A program made the position numbers and the translations under genes. The notes beneath the pieces are model-generated. The model ran no database searches and was not told the DNA's origin. It saw nothing but the letters and a program-made list of their open reading frames with translations. DNA of 63,384 nt, counting the filler, from Craspedostauros australis (lineage: Eukaryota), in assembly GCA_030167865.1 (NCBI GenBank). It is 4 parts of 4 records of this genome, joined end to end, with 100 filler letters (N's around TTAATTAATTAA, not from the genome) between each part and the next. Parts side by side here need not be neighbours in the genome. Positions count along the whole stretch, not along the records: positions 34,222 to 55,269 come from JALAGF010005617.1; 3 more parts are not named here. One strand, written 5' to 3'. Numbering within the stretch: the first letter of the stretch is position 1; the number at the start of each line of letters is the position of its first letter. This document shows, one piece after another, positions 35,290-46,092 of the stretch.

Positions 35290-36717
35290 TCACCGATCCC
35301 GCACCGGCGTTGCGTTGTGAGCATGATCGCTGCGCCGTGACGATGACTCTCTCCGCGGTGCTCGATTGGGCGTATAGGATTGTCGCAGGGACGAGGCGAA
35401 CATGCTGCCACCACGCGACATGCTGCTGGGCCGTTGCTGCGATCGTTGTTGTGAAAAGGCAGAACTGCGCCGCAGCATCGCTCTTGCGGCCGGCGTCAAG
35501 GATCGCACGAGCTTGTTCGATTTCTGCGTGAGGGACGGTCGGCTGCGGCTTTTGGGACGCTGCATGGATGCTGCATGTTTGGCCCGCTTGGTTCGATGCG
35601 TCATGTTAACTTCGGCGGATTGCGCGTGTTTCTCCTTTTGCGTGACGCTCGGCATCTGGAAGCTTGCTTCCTGTCGATGTGCCACGATTGGAGGCATGCT
35701 GGTCAGCGTGCTGTCGTCGTTCGTTGCGATCGTGCCGCTGGCGCTCATGTTGTCGATATCAAAGAGGACGGACGGTTCGTCGCCAGAACGGAAGCGTCCC
35801 TTGATGAAGTTGGGAGGGAAGCGGGTGCGGGATGGTCGGATGGACTTGCCCATAAAGTCCTCGTCGTCGTCACCCGCGCGCGTATCATTATCATCAGCAT
35901 CTCCTCTGTTCCGAGACGCCGCTGCCGGCGGAATGATCTGAATATGGCTGCTGTCATCCCAGTCGGCATCGTTGGTGATCAGTTTCACACCCTTTCCGTG
36001 ATGAGATACGGATCGTTGTTCCACCAGCGGGGTGGGGTTAAAGAAGAGACCATTGCGATACGACGCTTTGGTCTTCGCTGTAGTCGCTGTCGCAGCTATT
36101 CCAGGAGCCCCGCCAACTGTCAAGGCTCCGGAATCGGAATGACTCGTCGGCTCCCCGTTCGCTGTCAGCATTCGTGATTGTTGTTCGTCTCGCGATCCAC
36201 GCTCCTTCTTCTGCGCGGACAGAAGATAATGATCTGACGCCAGCGCGTTATCGTCGAGCAGCAGCCTCAGCTTCTGGCTCTTGTCATCCTTGGCCTTGGG
36301 ACCATCCATGATCGCAAGAAGACGCTTGCGATTCTCCCGAATCTCGGCCTTGTGATTCGTATCGAATTCGTGATCATCCTCGTTTGTGGCGCGCGCATGA
36401 AATCCCGTCAGCGTTTGGCGTTGCAAGGCTTGATCTCGCAGGACGCAATCGTCTTCGCCCATCGCCGTGATCTCGTCGCCGTCCGCATCAGGTGGCGCAG
36501 TGATGGTTGGAGGCAGCATGGGCCGCGATGGTTCAGCAGCAGCTCCCTTCAATCGCTGCAGATCGGGGAAGTAGTCCCTCTGAATGATATGCGACAGCGT
36601 GGACGTGTACTCTTCCTCGGGCAGCACGACGCGGCGGTTGTTGTCAGCGTCATCATCGTGGTTGCGTGTGGCCAACGTGCTGACAGCGCTGTGGTCGTCG
36701 GTGGCATGTGATGACAT
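35290..36717 (-). CDS. ESS2: Splicing factor ESS-2/DGCR14 (Es2 family) homolog
   Basis: N-terminal VLPEEEYTSTLSHIIQRDYFPDL, TLTGFHARATNEDDHEF, RNGLFFNP, IRPSRTRF, FQMP, LTPAARAML, LRQSYTP. First ATG at 36717. Confidence 0.88.
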   Translation of the reverse strand: MSSHATDDHSAVSTLATRNHDDDADNNRRVVLPEEEYTSTLSHIIQRDYFPDLQRLKGAAAEPSRPMLPPTITAPPDADGDEITAMGEDDCVLRDQALQRQTLTGFHARATNEDDHEFDTNHKAEIRENRKRLLAIMDGPKAKDDKSQKLRLLLDDNALASDHYLLSAQKKERGSRDEQQSRMLTANGEPTSHSDSGALTVGGAPGIAATATTAKTKASYRNGLFFNPTPLVEQRSVSHHGKGVKLITNDADWDDSSHIQIIPPAAASRNRGDADDNDTRAGDDDEDFMGKSIRPSRTRFPPNFIKGRFRSGDEPSVLFDIDNMSASGTIATNDDSTLTSMPPIVAHRQEASFQMPSVTQKEKHAQSAEVNMTHRTKRAKHAASMQRPKSRSRPSLTQKSNKLVRSLTPAARAMLRRSSAFSQQRSQQRPSSMSRGGSMFASSLRQSYTPNRAPRRESSSRRSDHAHNATPVRDR

Positions 36718-37086
36718 GATCGCTTCTCTCAAGTACTCGCACAGTATTGAAGTTGTCAGGAGACTCGTGGTGACCCTTGCAAGTATAATATTATACCTTG
36801 TCCTCGGACGACTAGCGTATAATAATATAATAGTCGTGCGTGCGTGTGTGTGTTTCTTGTGATTGCTCCTTCGGATTGTTCCTTTGTTTGGTTTTGTGTG
36901 GTGTGGGTTTCAACTTCTGCGACCTATGGTCCACAAAAAAGAAGTTCGCATATTTCATCCATAAATTGAAGTAGGCCATTCTAGCATCCAAATTGGATTG
37001 TTGTGAAAGCAAGAACCCTAATTCAGAGTCATTCCTCTGTTCTCTCTCTCGACAAAGTGGAGTGTTCCGCTCCAATCCTTGATGCT

Positions 37087-38784
37087 TCACCCCCTGCCCA
37101 ACAACCGCTGCGTCACATCCATCCCGTGCGTCGCCACAAAACTCACAAGCCACGTATCGATCCACCCGTCGTCGTCGTGCACGCTGGAAAGATTGGCTTT
37201 GCGTTCGTACATCGTCCATGATTTGCGCGTATCGCCGCGCGAGGCAAAACGCTGCCACGTGCCAAGGTAATGGTTGATGGTGAAGGGGTACTTGCGCGTC
37301 GCCGTGATCTCGGGCGCCGTGTGGAGTTTGGGGCACAGTGCCGTGCTGGGTTGATGCGGGTTGTGGGCATAGGGGCCTTTTAAAACAACGTCCGTGGTTG
37401 GGATGGCCGACAGATCCATCAAGGTCTTGTCGAAGCCGTTGATGGGGTCTTTCCAATCGCCGTGGTACTTCCAGCGCGTGGTTTCCATGCGAGACGCCAG
37501 TTGTTGTAATGCGGACGCAGATTGGGGAGCGTCATCGTTCGTCACGGATCCATACAGGATGGTCGGCATTGACAGGCACGATCTGGATATTCGTTTGGGA
37601 TAGTGATGGAACATTTGCTGCAGCATTCGAAAGATGCAATCTGGCGTGATCTTGGTTGTTGGCAGGTCCGGTATCTTGGACAAGAGTCCCGGTTGCCGAC
37701 GCACAAACGGGTTGACCACGACATATTCATCCGTGTCCACATGGATGACCCAAATGCTGCCGTCGCTATTGCCTGCATGATTCTTGCTTCGCACGCTGTC
37801 GATGTTCCGGTCATACACATGCTTGTAGCACTTGTGCAAGAACACGCGCTGGCGGTAGCGATGCCGATTGACGACCTTGGTCTCGTGCAGAAGCTGTGCC
37901 GCGCTCTCATTGCCAAAATGCCAAGGCGATGTGGATGCATTCTGAAATCGTTTTGGAACGAAGTTGGGGACGACGTTTGATTCGCCGTCGTCGTCGTCGT
38001 GGTTGTTGTTGTGGTTGTTGCCATGGCCACCTGCATCACCCAACGTCGGCAACCGCAGGAACGCGTCGGGCATAAAGTCGGCGTCGTTCCATTCTTCGAT
38101 CATGAGATCCGGCAAATGCGTTCGGAACCGATCGAAGACCGACGTCGGCGACTGCGTGCTGGTCGGATCGACGGCAACCACAATATGACGCACTTTCAAC
38201 GTGTGATAGTGATACGCGATCCATTCTGGCAGAATGGGGACGTCGTCCTTTGTGAGGACGCAAGCGGAGACGTGGCTCGCATTGTGTGGGAGCGTCGGCG
38301 TGTTGGGTTGGTTGGATGTGCCTTCATTGTCTCTTGTGGCATCTGTCGCATGCAGTTCGGTATCATTTCCTATATCGATGTCAGTGTCGATGTCAGTGTT
38401 GCCGTCAATGTTGATCTTTCTGTCAGTATGGATATCTGCATGGACATCGACTGCATCTACATCGACGTATGCACCTGAACCAACAACTCCAAATGACTGG
38501 ATGGTGACTTTGCAAGTCCACACGGTTGTCCACACCGAAAGCACGACGATCAACGTCAATAGAGCACGGTTCGACGTCAGCCAATGCCTTGTCGATGCAG
38601 ACTTGCTGCTGCTGATGCTATTGTTCATGCTTCGACCACCTGCATCCGCATGGCAGCTGAGCATGTGCGCACATCTCTGTGAGGCATGATGACTGCGCTC
38701 GTCATCGTCGCCCTCCCGTGGTGGTGGCTGTCGCCTTGGTGGTCGTCGTGATGGCGGCGACGGCGTTTCTGTTGGTTTGATCAA
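37087..38784 (-). CDS. Glycosyltransferase, GT92 / Glyco_tranf_2_4-like, type II membrane
   Basis: TM anchor ALLTLIVVLSVWTTVW, SACVLTKDD..LPEWIAYHY, DxD motif WVIHVDTDEY, INHYLGTW. The true start is probably a downstream ATG (~38630-38670). Confidence 0.82.
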   Translation of the reverse strand: MIKPTETPSPPSRRPPRRQPPPREGDDDERSHHASQRCAHMLSCHADAGGRSMNNSISSSKSASTRHWLTSNRALLTLIVVLSVWTTVWTCKVTIQSFGVVGSGAYVDVDAVDVHADIHTDRKINIDGNTDIDTDIDIGNDTELHATDATRDNEGTSNQPNTPTLPHNASHVSACVLTKDDVPILPEWIAYHYHTLKVRHIVVAVDPTSTQSPTSVFDRFRTHLPDLMIEEWNDADFMPDAFLRLPTLGDAGGHGNNHNNNHDDDDGESNVVPNFVPKRFQNASTSPWHFGNESAAQLLHETKVVNRHRYRQRVFLHKCYKHVYDRNIDSVRSKNHAGNSDGSIWVIHVDTDEYVVVNPFVRRQPGLLSKIPDLPTTKITPDCIFRMLQQMFHHYPKRISRSCLSMPTILYGSVTNDDAPQSASALQQLASRMETTRWKYHGDWKDPINGFDKTLMDLSAIPTTDVVLKGPYAHNPHQPSTALCPKLHTAPEITATRKYPFTINHYLGTWQRFASRGDTRKSWTMYERKANLSSVHDDDGWIDTWLVSFVATHGMDVTQRLLGRG

Positions 38785-39472
38785 ACATCCACGAATGAAA
38801 TCAACTCAATGTTCGTGACCGAATAGTTTATCCAATCCTGTTTGACGTGGAAGATGCTGTCTCTCTTTTGAATTCCGCCATTCTCACGTCCATCCAGTGA
38901 GCGCGTGTTCGCGTTGTTGATGGCAATGCTCAATGAGACGAGTGATGTGTGTGGTGTGGGTGGGTGGGTGACGAGAGGATGTGTTTGAAATCCGGAAGAG
39001 TGTGCGAGAGAGAGAGGGAGAGAGGGAAGCGCCAAAGCAACCAGAAGCGCAAGAAGTCAACAGAAGAGCCACAACGACAACGACAACGACAGCGTAGAGA
39101 TCAAAGAGAGGCATCACCGATTCTCAAAACACCAATACCAACAACAACAACCAGAGTCGAGCTGTCAGCTTCTTGTTGATGCGTCTTGATTCGACTTGAC
39201 CAAAGGGAAGCGCTTCATTCCGTGTCAAGTGCAGAGTGACAAACAACGATACCAACGCAACACACATTCAAGAGGACCCGTGTACACTCGTCGTAGAATA
39301 CAAGATATCCAAGCTATTGCATACGTAAAGAGGGCATAGTGCCATACACAATACCCGTGCGAGTACACTAGGATACAACTGCAACAAGGCAAGCAGCAAC
39401 CAGCAACCAGCAACTGCCACAACGCAAGGACGAAACGAAACGAGACAATCAGGGCAAGGTTGAAGCAGAACG

Positions 39473-40327
39473 ATGTGGTTCTCATCTGAAAACAAGGGCG
39501 ACGGAACCAACGCTGAAACGAGCGCTGATTCCACCAACAACTTCATCATCACGAAGGCGCAGTCCAACGCCAAGGCTGACCAGCATCCACCGCAGCAGCG
39601 CAAGATAGTCAAGGCCAAGGTCCCACCATCACCCATCAGCACCGGTACACCCGACCGTGCAGCCACCGCTTCAGGGGCCGTCAACATCGATCTCACGCCT
39701 AGTTCGGATGGCCATCACAATCATCACAACCACCACGACTACGTGCCACCCATCAAATCCAGCACCGCCGTGACGCAGGAGCTGCAGGAGGAATCTCGCC
39801 AGCAGCATCGCAACGAGCGCATCAGCAAGACCATCCAGAACAACAAGTCCAAGCGTGAGGAAGTGTGGAAGGGCAAGCGGAACACGCCGCGCAACGACAA
39901 TGCCAACGGCGCCTCAACCCCCGGTTACAATCCATTCTCCCAGTTCCTCGAGGCCTTCTCGGTCGAACCCGAGTTCCCCCATCACAAACGATCCCGCGAG
40001 GATGATGGCGACGGCAGCAAGGCCAACGGCAGCGCCAAACGAGACATCAACAAGACCGTGACGAAGCCCGCACCCGCAACGCCGGCGTCCAACAAGCCCG
40101 TCAGCGCAGTTTCCAACAATGGCGGCACCAGCCCCTCGCCGGTGGGCCCGCCGGTCGGCAAGCGTCTCAAGGCCTCCACATCGTCAGCTGCCGATAAGAA
40201 GGAGATCTCGCGTGATTTGGGTGAAGAATCGTCTTCATCCTCGCCGTGGTGGACCTACGTATCGATCGGCGTGGCGGCAATCGCGGTTGTCGTTGGGATC
40301 ACGGCCGCGAGACGACGAAATGCTTAG
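39473..40327 (+). CDS. Hypothetical tail-anchored protein
   Basis: 284-aa ORF with coding-like codon usage, disordered body, short motif YNPFSQFLEAFSVEPEFPHHKR, and a single C-terminal TM (WWTYVSIGVAAIAVVVGITAA) followed by RRRNA. Confidence 0.75.
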   Translation: MWFSSENKGDGTNAETSADSTNNFIITKAQSNAKADQHPPQQRKIVKAKVPPSPISTGTPDRAATASGAVNIDLTPSSDGHHNHHNHHDYVPPIKSSTAVTQELQEESRQQHRNERISKTIQNNKSKREEVWKGKRNTPRNDNANGASTPGYNPFSQFLEAFSVEPEFPHHKRSREDDGDGSKANGSAKRDINKTVTKPAPATPASNKPVSAVSNNGGTSPSPVGPPVGKRLKASTSSAADKKEISRDLGEESSSSSPWWTYVSIGVAAIAVVVGITAARRRNA

Positions 40328-41294
40328 TGGCGGTGGAGTTTGCAACGCTTGGGAACAGGTGCTCTACTTTGCTTCGAGTGAATGAATGAATGAGACCTTG
40401 GTGGAGAGCAGATGGTGTTGGCATACCATAAAATTCTGGAGCGGCCTGCAGGGTCATGACAGTATCAGTCAGGGAGAATCCCCAAAACACCCGCATTAGA
40501 TAGACCATATTTGATCGTAGCACATCAAGCTCAGACTGATGATAACCATGGAGACCCTTGGTTGTAGCAATGCATTGCAACTGCTCGTAGATGTGGGGCA
40601 TCGACCAACCATTCTATTGGTACATGGCTTGATGCCATTCTCTATTCTCGATTGACCAAACTTCTCTACTGATGAATGATACGATCATTTCCGTCCGTCC
40701 GTCGTCCAAATTCGCCGTATGACTGTTGATGTCAAAGGCAGAAGCTGAGTCGCGCCAAAAGTCAGAGTCAACGCCCACGGTTGCAAATCACAAGTTCGTG
40801 AAATCGCCATGGTCACAGCGCTTCATCCAACGGTATCTCTCTGCTTCGCGTTGGGCCCAACGCACAATTCAGAAACAACTGCGTCGTTTCCACAAACACC
40901 GGAATAGCGAACACAAAGCAGGGCGACGCAGCGCATTCCACTTCACTCATTCGGCAACTGCTCTGCTTCGATCCATCAGCTGCAGCAATAGAATAGATCG
41001 GATACGACGTGATCACCCTCCAACTGATTGATTGCGTGAAGAGAAAGCATCAACCAACTCCTCAGCATCAAAGAACGTGCCAACGACCATCCATAACCAC
41101 GATCAAAAGAACGCGAAAGACGACAAAGCCGCGCCTCATTTCGCACGACTCTCCACAAATAGACGTGGTCGTACTAGACGAGTATTGCTCAGCACGGGTA
41201 TTGCTGAAGAGGAACACAATCGGCTGTCCTTCTCCTTGTACACAGACACAGACAACGCAAGAGCAGCAACAACAGCATCCACAACAATCACAAC

Positions 41295-43799
41295 ATGACG
41301 ATACTGAATGCATGCAGGAGGAGCATGAGAGCGTTGGGCATCCTTGCGATCGCAGCGATGTGCCTGATCCCAAGCACGTCTGCAAATGAGGAGATCTACA
41401 GGCAGATCATGGAAATCATCGGCTCCGAGGAGACGGCGGAGATCATGGACTCCTACGTCCTCGTGATCCCCGGCATGCCGCGCACACGCACCTCCGAGTA
41501 CAACTGGGCCGGCTTCGTCGATGCCTACAGGACCATCACGGGCAGCGCGGACAAGACCTTGGGTGGCAACCAGTTCATGCATGGCGGATCCGTGGAGGCG
41601 GGCCTCATCAACATCGCCGTCTTCCTGGCCCAGTGCCTGCAGGAGACCATCCAGTACGATGCCTGCGACGAGAACAACTGGAGCAACGGCTTCCCCGGCG
41701 TGCAGGACTACCCGGCCTCGGCAGCGTGCGGACAGGCCGGCCAGGACTACTCCAGGTACTCGTGCTACTCCGGAGAGGGACCCAGATCGCGCAACGTCCA
41801 GTGCCCCATCGACAACGAGATGGTCGTGCGGGCACGCACCAGCGCCGGATGGTCCGGTGCCCCGCCGCCGCTCTTCTGCGCCCCGCGCCGCCTGACGGGA
41901 GGCACGCCGCGATGGGACTTCAGCACCACGTGCGCTGCGGCCGAGCCAGGATCCATCACCGTCCCGGACTTTCCCGATCCCTATATCGACGACGTCGTCA
42001 AGGGCGGTCTCGGCAGCGACACGTGCAACGTCTACTCGGGGCAGATGGGTGGCCAATTCTCCATGGATGGTTGCAATCCGGCGACGGGCTGTCCCAACGC
42101 GGCGCGCGTCGACACGGCCGGCGGCAAGGTGCACACCGACGTGGAGGGATGCTGCTGGTGGGGACGCGGCGTCATCCAGACCACGGGGCCGTGCAACACG
42201 GGCAAGCTCAACTACTACCTCACGGGCACGTACTACGATAACGCCGGCAACGCGCAGAAGGAATCGGACGGCGTCTTTCCCTTCAGGGAACTCAATCTCT
42301 GCGCCACGCCCGGTCTCATCTGCGACGGCCCCGACGCGCTCAAGTGGATCTCGGGCATGTTCTTTTGGGTCTCTGATGTGCAAACGTACAGCAACATTCC
42401 CTCATACGGATTCGACTTCAACAGTGTGCTCACCTTTGGCGGCAAAGGCATGTTCAACGACATCTACTCGGCCCGCGGTTTCGTCGACAGCACCAGCGGC
42501 TTGGTCAACCGCGGTTGTCCCGCCGCCACATGTCCCGGCGCCGGTCCCGTCCACGCCATCGACGAGAGATTCGGACATTACGTCACGGCCATCCAGGCGC
42601 TGCAGCATGCCTACGATCCCGACAACTACTCCAAACCACCCGGCGATCCGGCGCCGCCCAACTTGGGACCGTGGTACTCCAAGCCGTCCGTCTGCGCGGC
42701 CTGCAATGCTGGCGGCACGGGATTGTGCGGCGTCAAGTGGTGGTCGGGAGGCGAGGCCCTCTGCTTGGATTGGGCCACGACGAAGGAGCTGTGCGATGAA
42801 TCGGGTGGCGCGGCCATCGCGTGGTGCACCGACGATGGGACGGCGTCGCCGACGGCGGGAGTCGTCACGACGTCGCGGCCCACATCGCGTCCGACCAGTC
42901 AACCCACGCCACGGCCAACGGGCCAACCCACATCGCGGCCCACCAAGTTGCCAGAGACCAGACCGCCCACCAGCCAGCCCACCAAGTTGCCAGAGACGAA
43001 ACCACCAACGGCAAGCCCCACGATGGAGAACGATGCATGCGCCATCACTGTCAATCGCGATGAGTGCGATCAATTGATGAAGTTCCATTCCGCCAGCATC
43101 CAACAGCAGCAGCGCAGAATGTCCGATGCCAACGATCGATCAAGGCAATTGCAGGATAGTGCGAGCGGCGACAACGACGAGTTGTGCGCATGCTGGAACT
43201 TCTGCGGCACGGCCATGGAAGGATGCAGCGGCATCAACGACAAGCGCTTGCTCAAATGCGCGGCGCATGCCCTGGTCGCCGGCTGCACCTTCGATGACAC
43301 GACCGAAGCACCGACGCCGCAGCGGCCGACGTGCCAGGTCGAGATCAACGTCGATCAGTGCGACGAGCTCGTCGACGCCAACCCGCGCCAAATCAATCCC
43401 AAGGACGAACCGGACTGCCAATGTCGATCCTTCTGCAACGGCGAGGAGATGCAACCGTGCTGCCGTTTCGATGACGCCGCCTGCGTCCTGCAATGCGACG
43501 GCGACCTCGTTGCGGGATGTCCCGTCTACCACGACGACGACAGCGAAGACGGTGACACGGGCGACGCGCTGGATCGCATCTGGAATGGCCAATGCGCGCT
43601 GGAGGTTGATCTCAATGACTGTCCGCGATTGATGAATGGCGATGGTGCCAAGGACCTCACCTCCGACGATTGTCCCTGCGCGCACTTTTGCAACGGGCAG
43701 TTCTCGCATTGCTGCAAGCACGGCGAGTACTGTGAACCGGGATGCGTGCAAGGCTGGTTCGTCGGTGGTTGCGACGTCTCTGTCTTTGATCCATTGTAG
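41295..43799 (+). CDS. Secreted GH19 chitinase-like protein with PT linker and three C-terminal Cys-rich repeats
   Basis: Signal peptide. GH19-type motifs NIAVFLAQCLQET, ACDENNW, CCWWGRGVIQTTG.CN.GKLN, KWISGMFFW, SGLVNRGC. RPTSQPT linker, then three CxCxxFC...VxGC units. Confidence 0.85.
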   Translation: MTILNACRRSMRALGILAIAAMCLIPSTSANEEIYRQIMEIIGSEETAEIMDSYVLVIPGMPRTRTSEYNWAGFVDAYRTITGSADKTLGGNQFMHGGSVEAGLINIAVFLAQCLQETIQYDACDENNWSNGFPGVQDYPASAACGQAGQDYSRYSCYSGEGPRSRNVQCPIDNEMVVRARTSAGWSGAPPPLFCAPRRLTGGTPRWDFSTTCAAAEPGSITVPDFPDPYIDDVVKGGLGSDTCNVYSGQMGGQFSMDGCNPATGCPNAARVDTAGGKVHTDVEGCCWWGRGVIQTTGPCNTGKLNYYLTGTYYDNAGNAQKESDGVFPFRELNLCATPGLICDGPDALKWISGMFFWVSDVQTYSNIPSYGFDFNSVLTFGGKGMFNDIYSARGFVDSTSGLVNRGCPAATCPGAGPVHAIDERFGHYVTAIQALQHAYDPDNYSKPPGDPAPPNLGPWYSKPSVCAACNAGGTGLCGVKWWSGGEALCLDWATTKELCDESGGAAIAWCTDDGTASPTAGVVTTSRPTSRPTSQPTPRPTGQPTSRPTKLPETRPPTSQPTKLPETKPPTASPTMENDACAITVNRDECDQLMKFHSASIQQQQRRMSDANDRSRQLQDSASGDNDELCACWNFCGTAMEGCSGINDKRLLKCAAHALVAGCTFDDTTEAPTPQRPTCQVEINVDQCDELVDANPRQINPKDEPDCQCRSFCNGEEMQPCCRFDDAACVLQCDGDLVAGCPVYHDDDSEDGDTGDALDRIWNGQCALEVDLNDCPRLMNGDGAKDLTSDDCPCAHFCNGQFSHCCKHGEYCEPGCVQGWFVGGCDVSVFDPL

Positions 43800-44178
43800 C
43801 GTAGCGCCGTTTTGGGTATCATCGGGGAACAGCAACGACAACATGGATGAATGCCAAATGGATGAACATCGACACGGAAGTGAAAAGACACCAGTAGGAC
43901 TGCGTGTCATACCGAGGTCGCTTTGCAAGGACCGAGTCGATTCGTTCATACAAATATGGTTCTAGGAGGGTTGACATAACCATTGCACCAAAGATTAGTC
44001 TATGTACAACATTATGCATTTGCTCTTACTCCGCACACCACTTTCAGCAATCTGATGAGACATGATCTACTCCACGTGGATTCAACACAGCAGTGCATGG
44101 CGTGCCTGGACTCAATTTAGGTCGTAGTTTGCTAAACTCTTGTTTATTGGTACATTGCAGGCCTGTAATTGGTTCATT

Positions 44179-46092
44179 TCAAATGATCTCAAATGGCGTT
44201 TGCGCGCTGCCGTCGCCTTTGCTGATGGTGATGCCGCTCGGGGTCGCGTGCAAGTTGGTGGGGTTACATGGATCACCACCATCAAGCACGTTGCTGCCGT
44301 TGCTGGTGCTATTCCCGCCACCCTGTTCGCTGCTCGCACCGACGGATGGGTTGCTGTCAGGGAGAGATTCGATGACGGGTATGAAGACCGATTGGGGATC
44401 CGGTGTGCCGTACTCCATGGCATCGGCTGCCGCCGGGCTGCTTTCGTATGATTCACGTGTTGCCATCGTGGCAGATGCATCCGATGCATTTGGCATGGTA
44501 TCGTTCGTGGTTCCACCATCGGAGCTGCCAGTTGTGGAGTCGTAGATGGTGGTGCCTCCTGTCGTGCTGCTGTTCGGATCTCCATGCACCACAGTCGCAC
44601 CACCGTGATCGGGGATCATGTAGACATGAGGTGCGTTATCGGCACTGTCGGCATTTTGTTTCGTTGTCGTCGTCGTGGGTTGTTGCTGCTGGTGCTCTTC
44701 CTGCGGGAATGCCGATGTCTCCATCTCCGTGACGGGTCCAAAATCAAATAGCTCCCTCCAGTAGGAAACGTACCAACCGGTTCCAATCCAGATCGTCATA
44801 ACGAGCAGGACGGATGACGCGTAGAACATCCAACGTTTTGGTTGGCTTGCCTCATCGACGTCTCCTCCTTCTATCTGACATTCGATCGACGACACGTGGT
44901 GACCGATGAGCAGCCAGTACACAATCGCGATGATCGTAAGGACGAAGTACGGAATGTGCATTTTGTACGGCGATTTGGAGGCCTGCTTCAACATGGCAAA
45001 ATGCGGAACGAGGTTCATTGGCATGTTGAGAATCTCATGTGGCATTGGCTGCAATGCTGCGATCGCGGCCGAGCCTGGGGGCAGGATGACCTCCGTGGAT
45101 ATTTCAACCGCGTACGTCCGATCGTTGACACGGTACCATTTGCGGTACGTCTTGGACTGCCATCGGAACTCGACCAGGACATGATGTGACGGAGCCGATA
45201 CGGCCTGAATGAATTCGCCCTTCATGATGGCAGCGCCAACCGACATGTTCCCGTCCGCAGCTTCCGCTTTGTCGATTGAGTTTGATTGTTGCAGAGCGGT
45301 GATTGTGCCCTGATCAGCATTGGGTTGCTGCTGTTGTTGTTGCTGTTGCTGCTGCTGTTCGTTCAGCTGGCCATGTTCATGTTCTTGTTGAATAGTCGAC
45401 TCGGCCAACGTTTGGTTCCATGTGTACGTGTTTGTATTCGTGTTGGTGAAGGTATTGGTGTTCGTATTGTCCGCATCCGTCGTCTGTCCCATCAGAAGGT
45501 GGTTGTTCGAGCTGGTGCCGTTACCGAGTCCACCACCAGCGCCGCTTCCGCTGGTGTAGATCTTGAGGTTCGGCAGCAACCCGCCCAATCGGTTGTTGCA
45601 TCGCGATCGCCGATCCAGCTCAGTCCACTGCATCTGACACTGCTTTGGCGCGTACTGCATCGGTTCACCACGATCCGTGAAGAATTGGTACGCCATGGTG
45701 CTCCACCCGGACTCGCATGCGTAGAGCCGTCCGACGATCGTCGCATCGACCGCGGTTCCAAACCGCGCGTAGAGCCGCTTGAAGGCATGCACCAGGGCCA
45801 TGTGAGCCATGAGGATGGCGCAGCCGAGCATGATGAGATGCTGGAAGGACCAGAGGTAGCTGTTGATCATGGGACAGTTGGATCGGAAGTGCCGAGCCAT
45901 GAGAACGATCGCCATGATCGAAAGCAGCAGGAGCGGAAGCGTCGGTGTCATCCAGGTCTGGGGATCAGAAAGCACGTGCAGACGTTGCAGCAGCCTGCCC
46001 TTGTAGTCAATCTCGGGCAGCAGGTCGGAGTCCTGAGGTCGCTTCGTCAGCGTTTGGCTGTCGATGGTCGTGTTGTTCACAGATGCCGACAT
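44179..46092 (-). CDS. Hypothetical multi-pass membrane protein
   Basis: 637-aa ORF with about four hydrophobic helices (two N-terminal, two central), poly-Q and NT repeats, and a Ser/Thr/Gly-rich C-terminal tail. Confidence 0.7.
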   Translation of the reverse strand: MSASVNNTTIDSQTLTKRPQDSDLLPEIDYKGRLLQRLHVLSDPQTWMTPTLPLLLLSIMAIVLMARHFRSNCPMINSYLWSFQHLIMLGCAILMAHMALVHAFKRLYARFGTAVDATIVGRLYACESGWSTMAYQFFTDRGEPMQYAPKQCQMQWTELDRRSRCNNRLGGLLPNLKIYTSGSGAGGGLGNGTSSNNHLLMGQTTDADNTNTNTFTNTNTNTYTWNQTLAESTIQQEHEHGQLNEQQQQQQQQQQQPNADQGTITALQQSNSIDKAEAADGNMSVGAAIMKGEFIQAVSAPSHHVLVEFRWQSKTYRKWYRVNDRTYAVEISTEVILPPGSAAIAALQPMPHEILNMPMNLVPHFAMLKQASKSPYKMHIPYFVLTIIAIVYWLLIGHHVSSIECQIEGGDVDEASQPKRWMFYASSVLLVMTIWIGTGWYVSYWRELFDFGPVTEMETSAFPQEEHQQQQPTTTTTKQNADSADNAPHVYMIPDHGGATVVHGDPNSSTTGGTTIYDSTTGSSDGGTTNDTMPNASDASATMATRESYESSPAAADAMEYGTPDPQSVFIPVIESLPDSNPSVGASSEQGGGNSTSNGSNVLDGGDPCNPTNLHATPSGITISKGDGSAQTPFEII

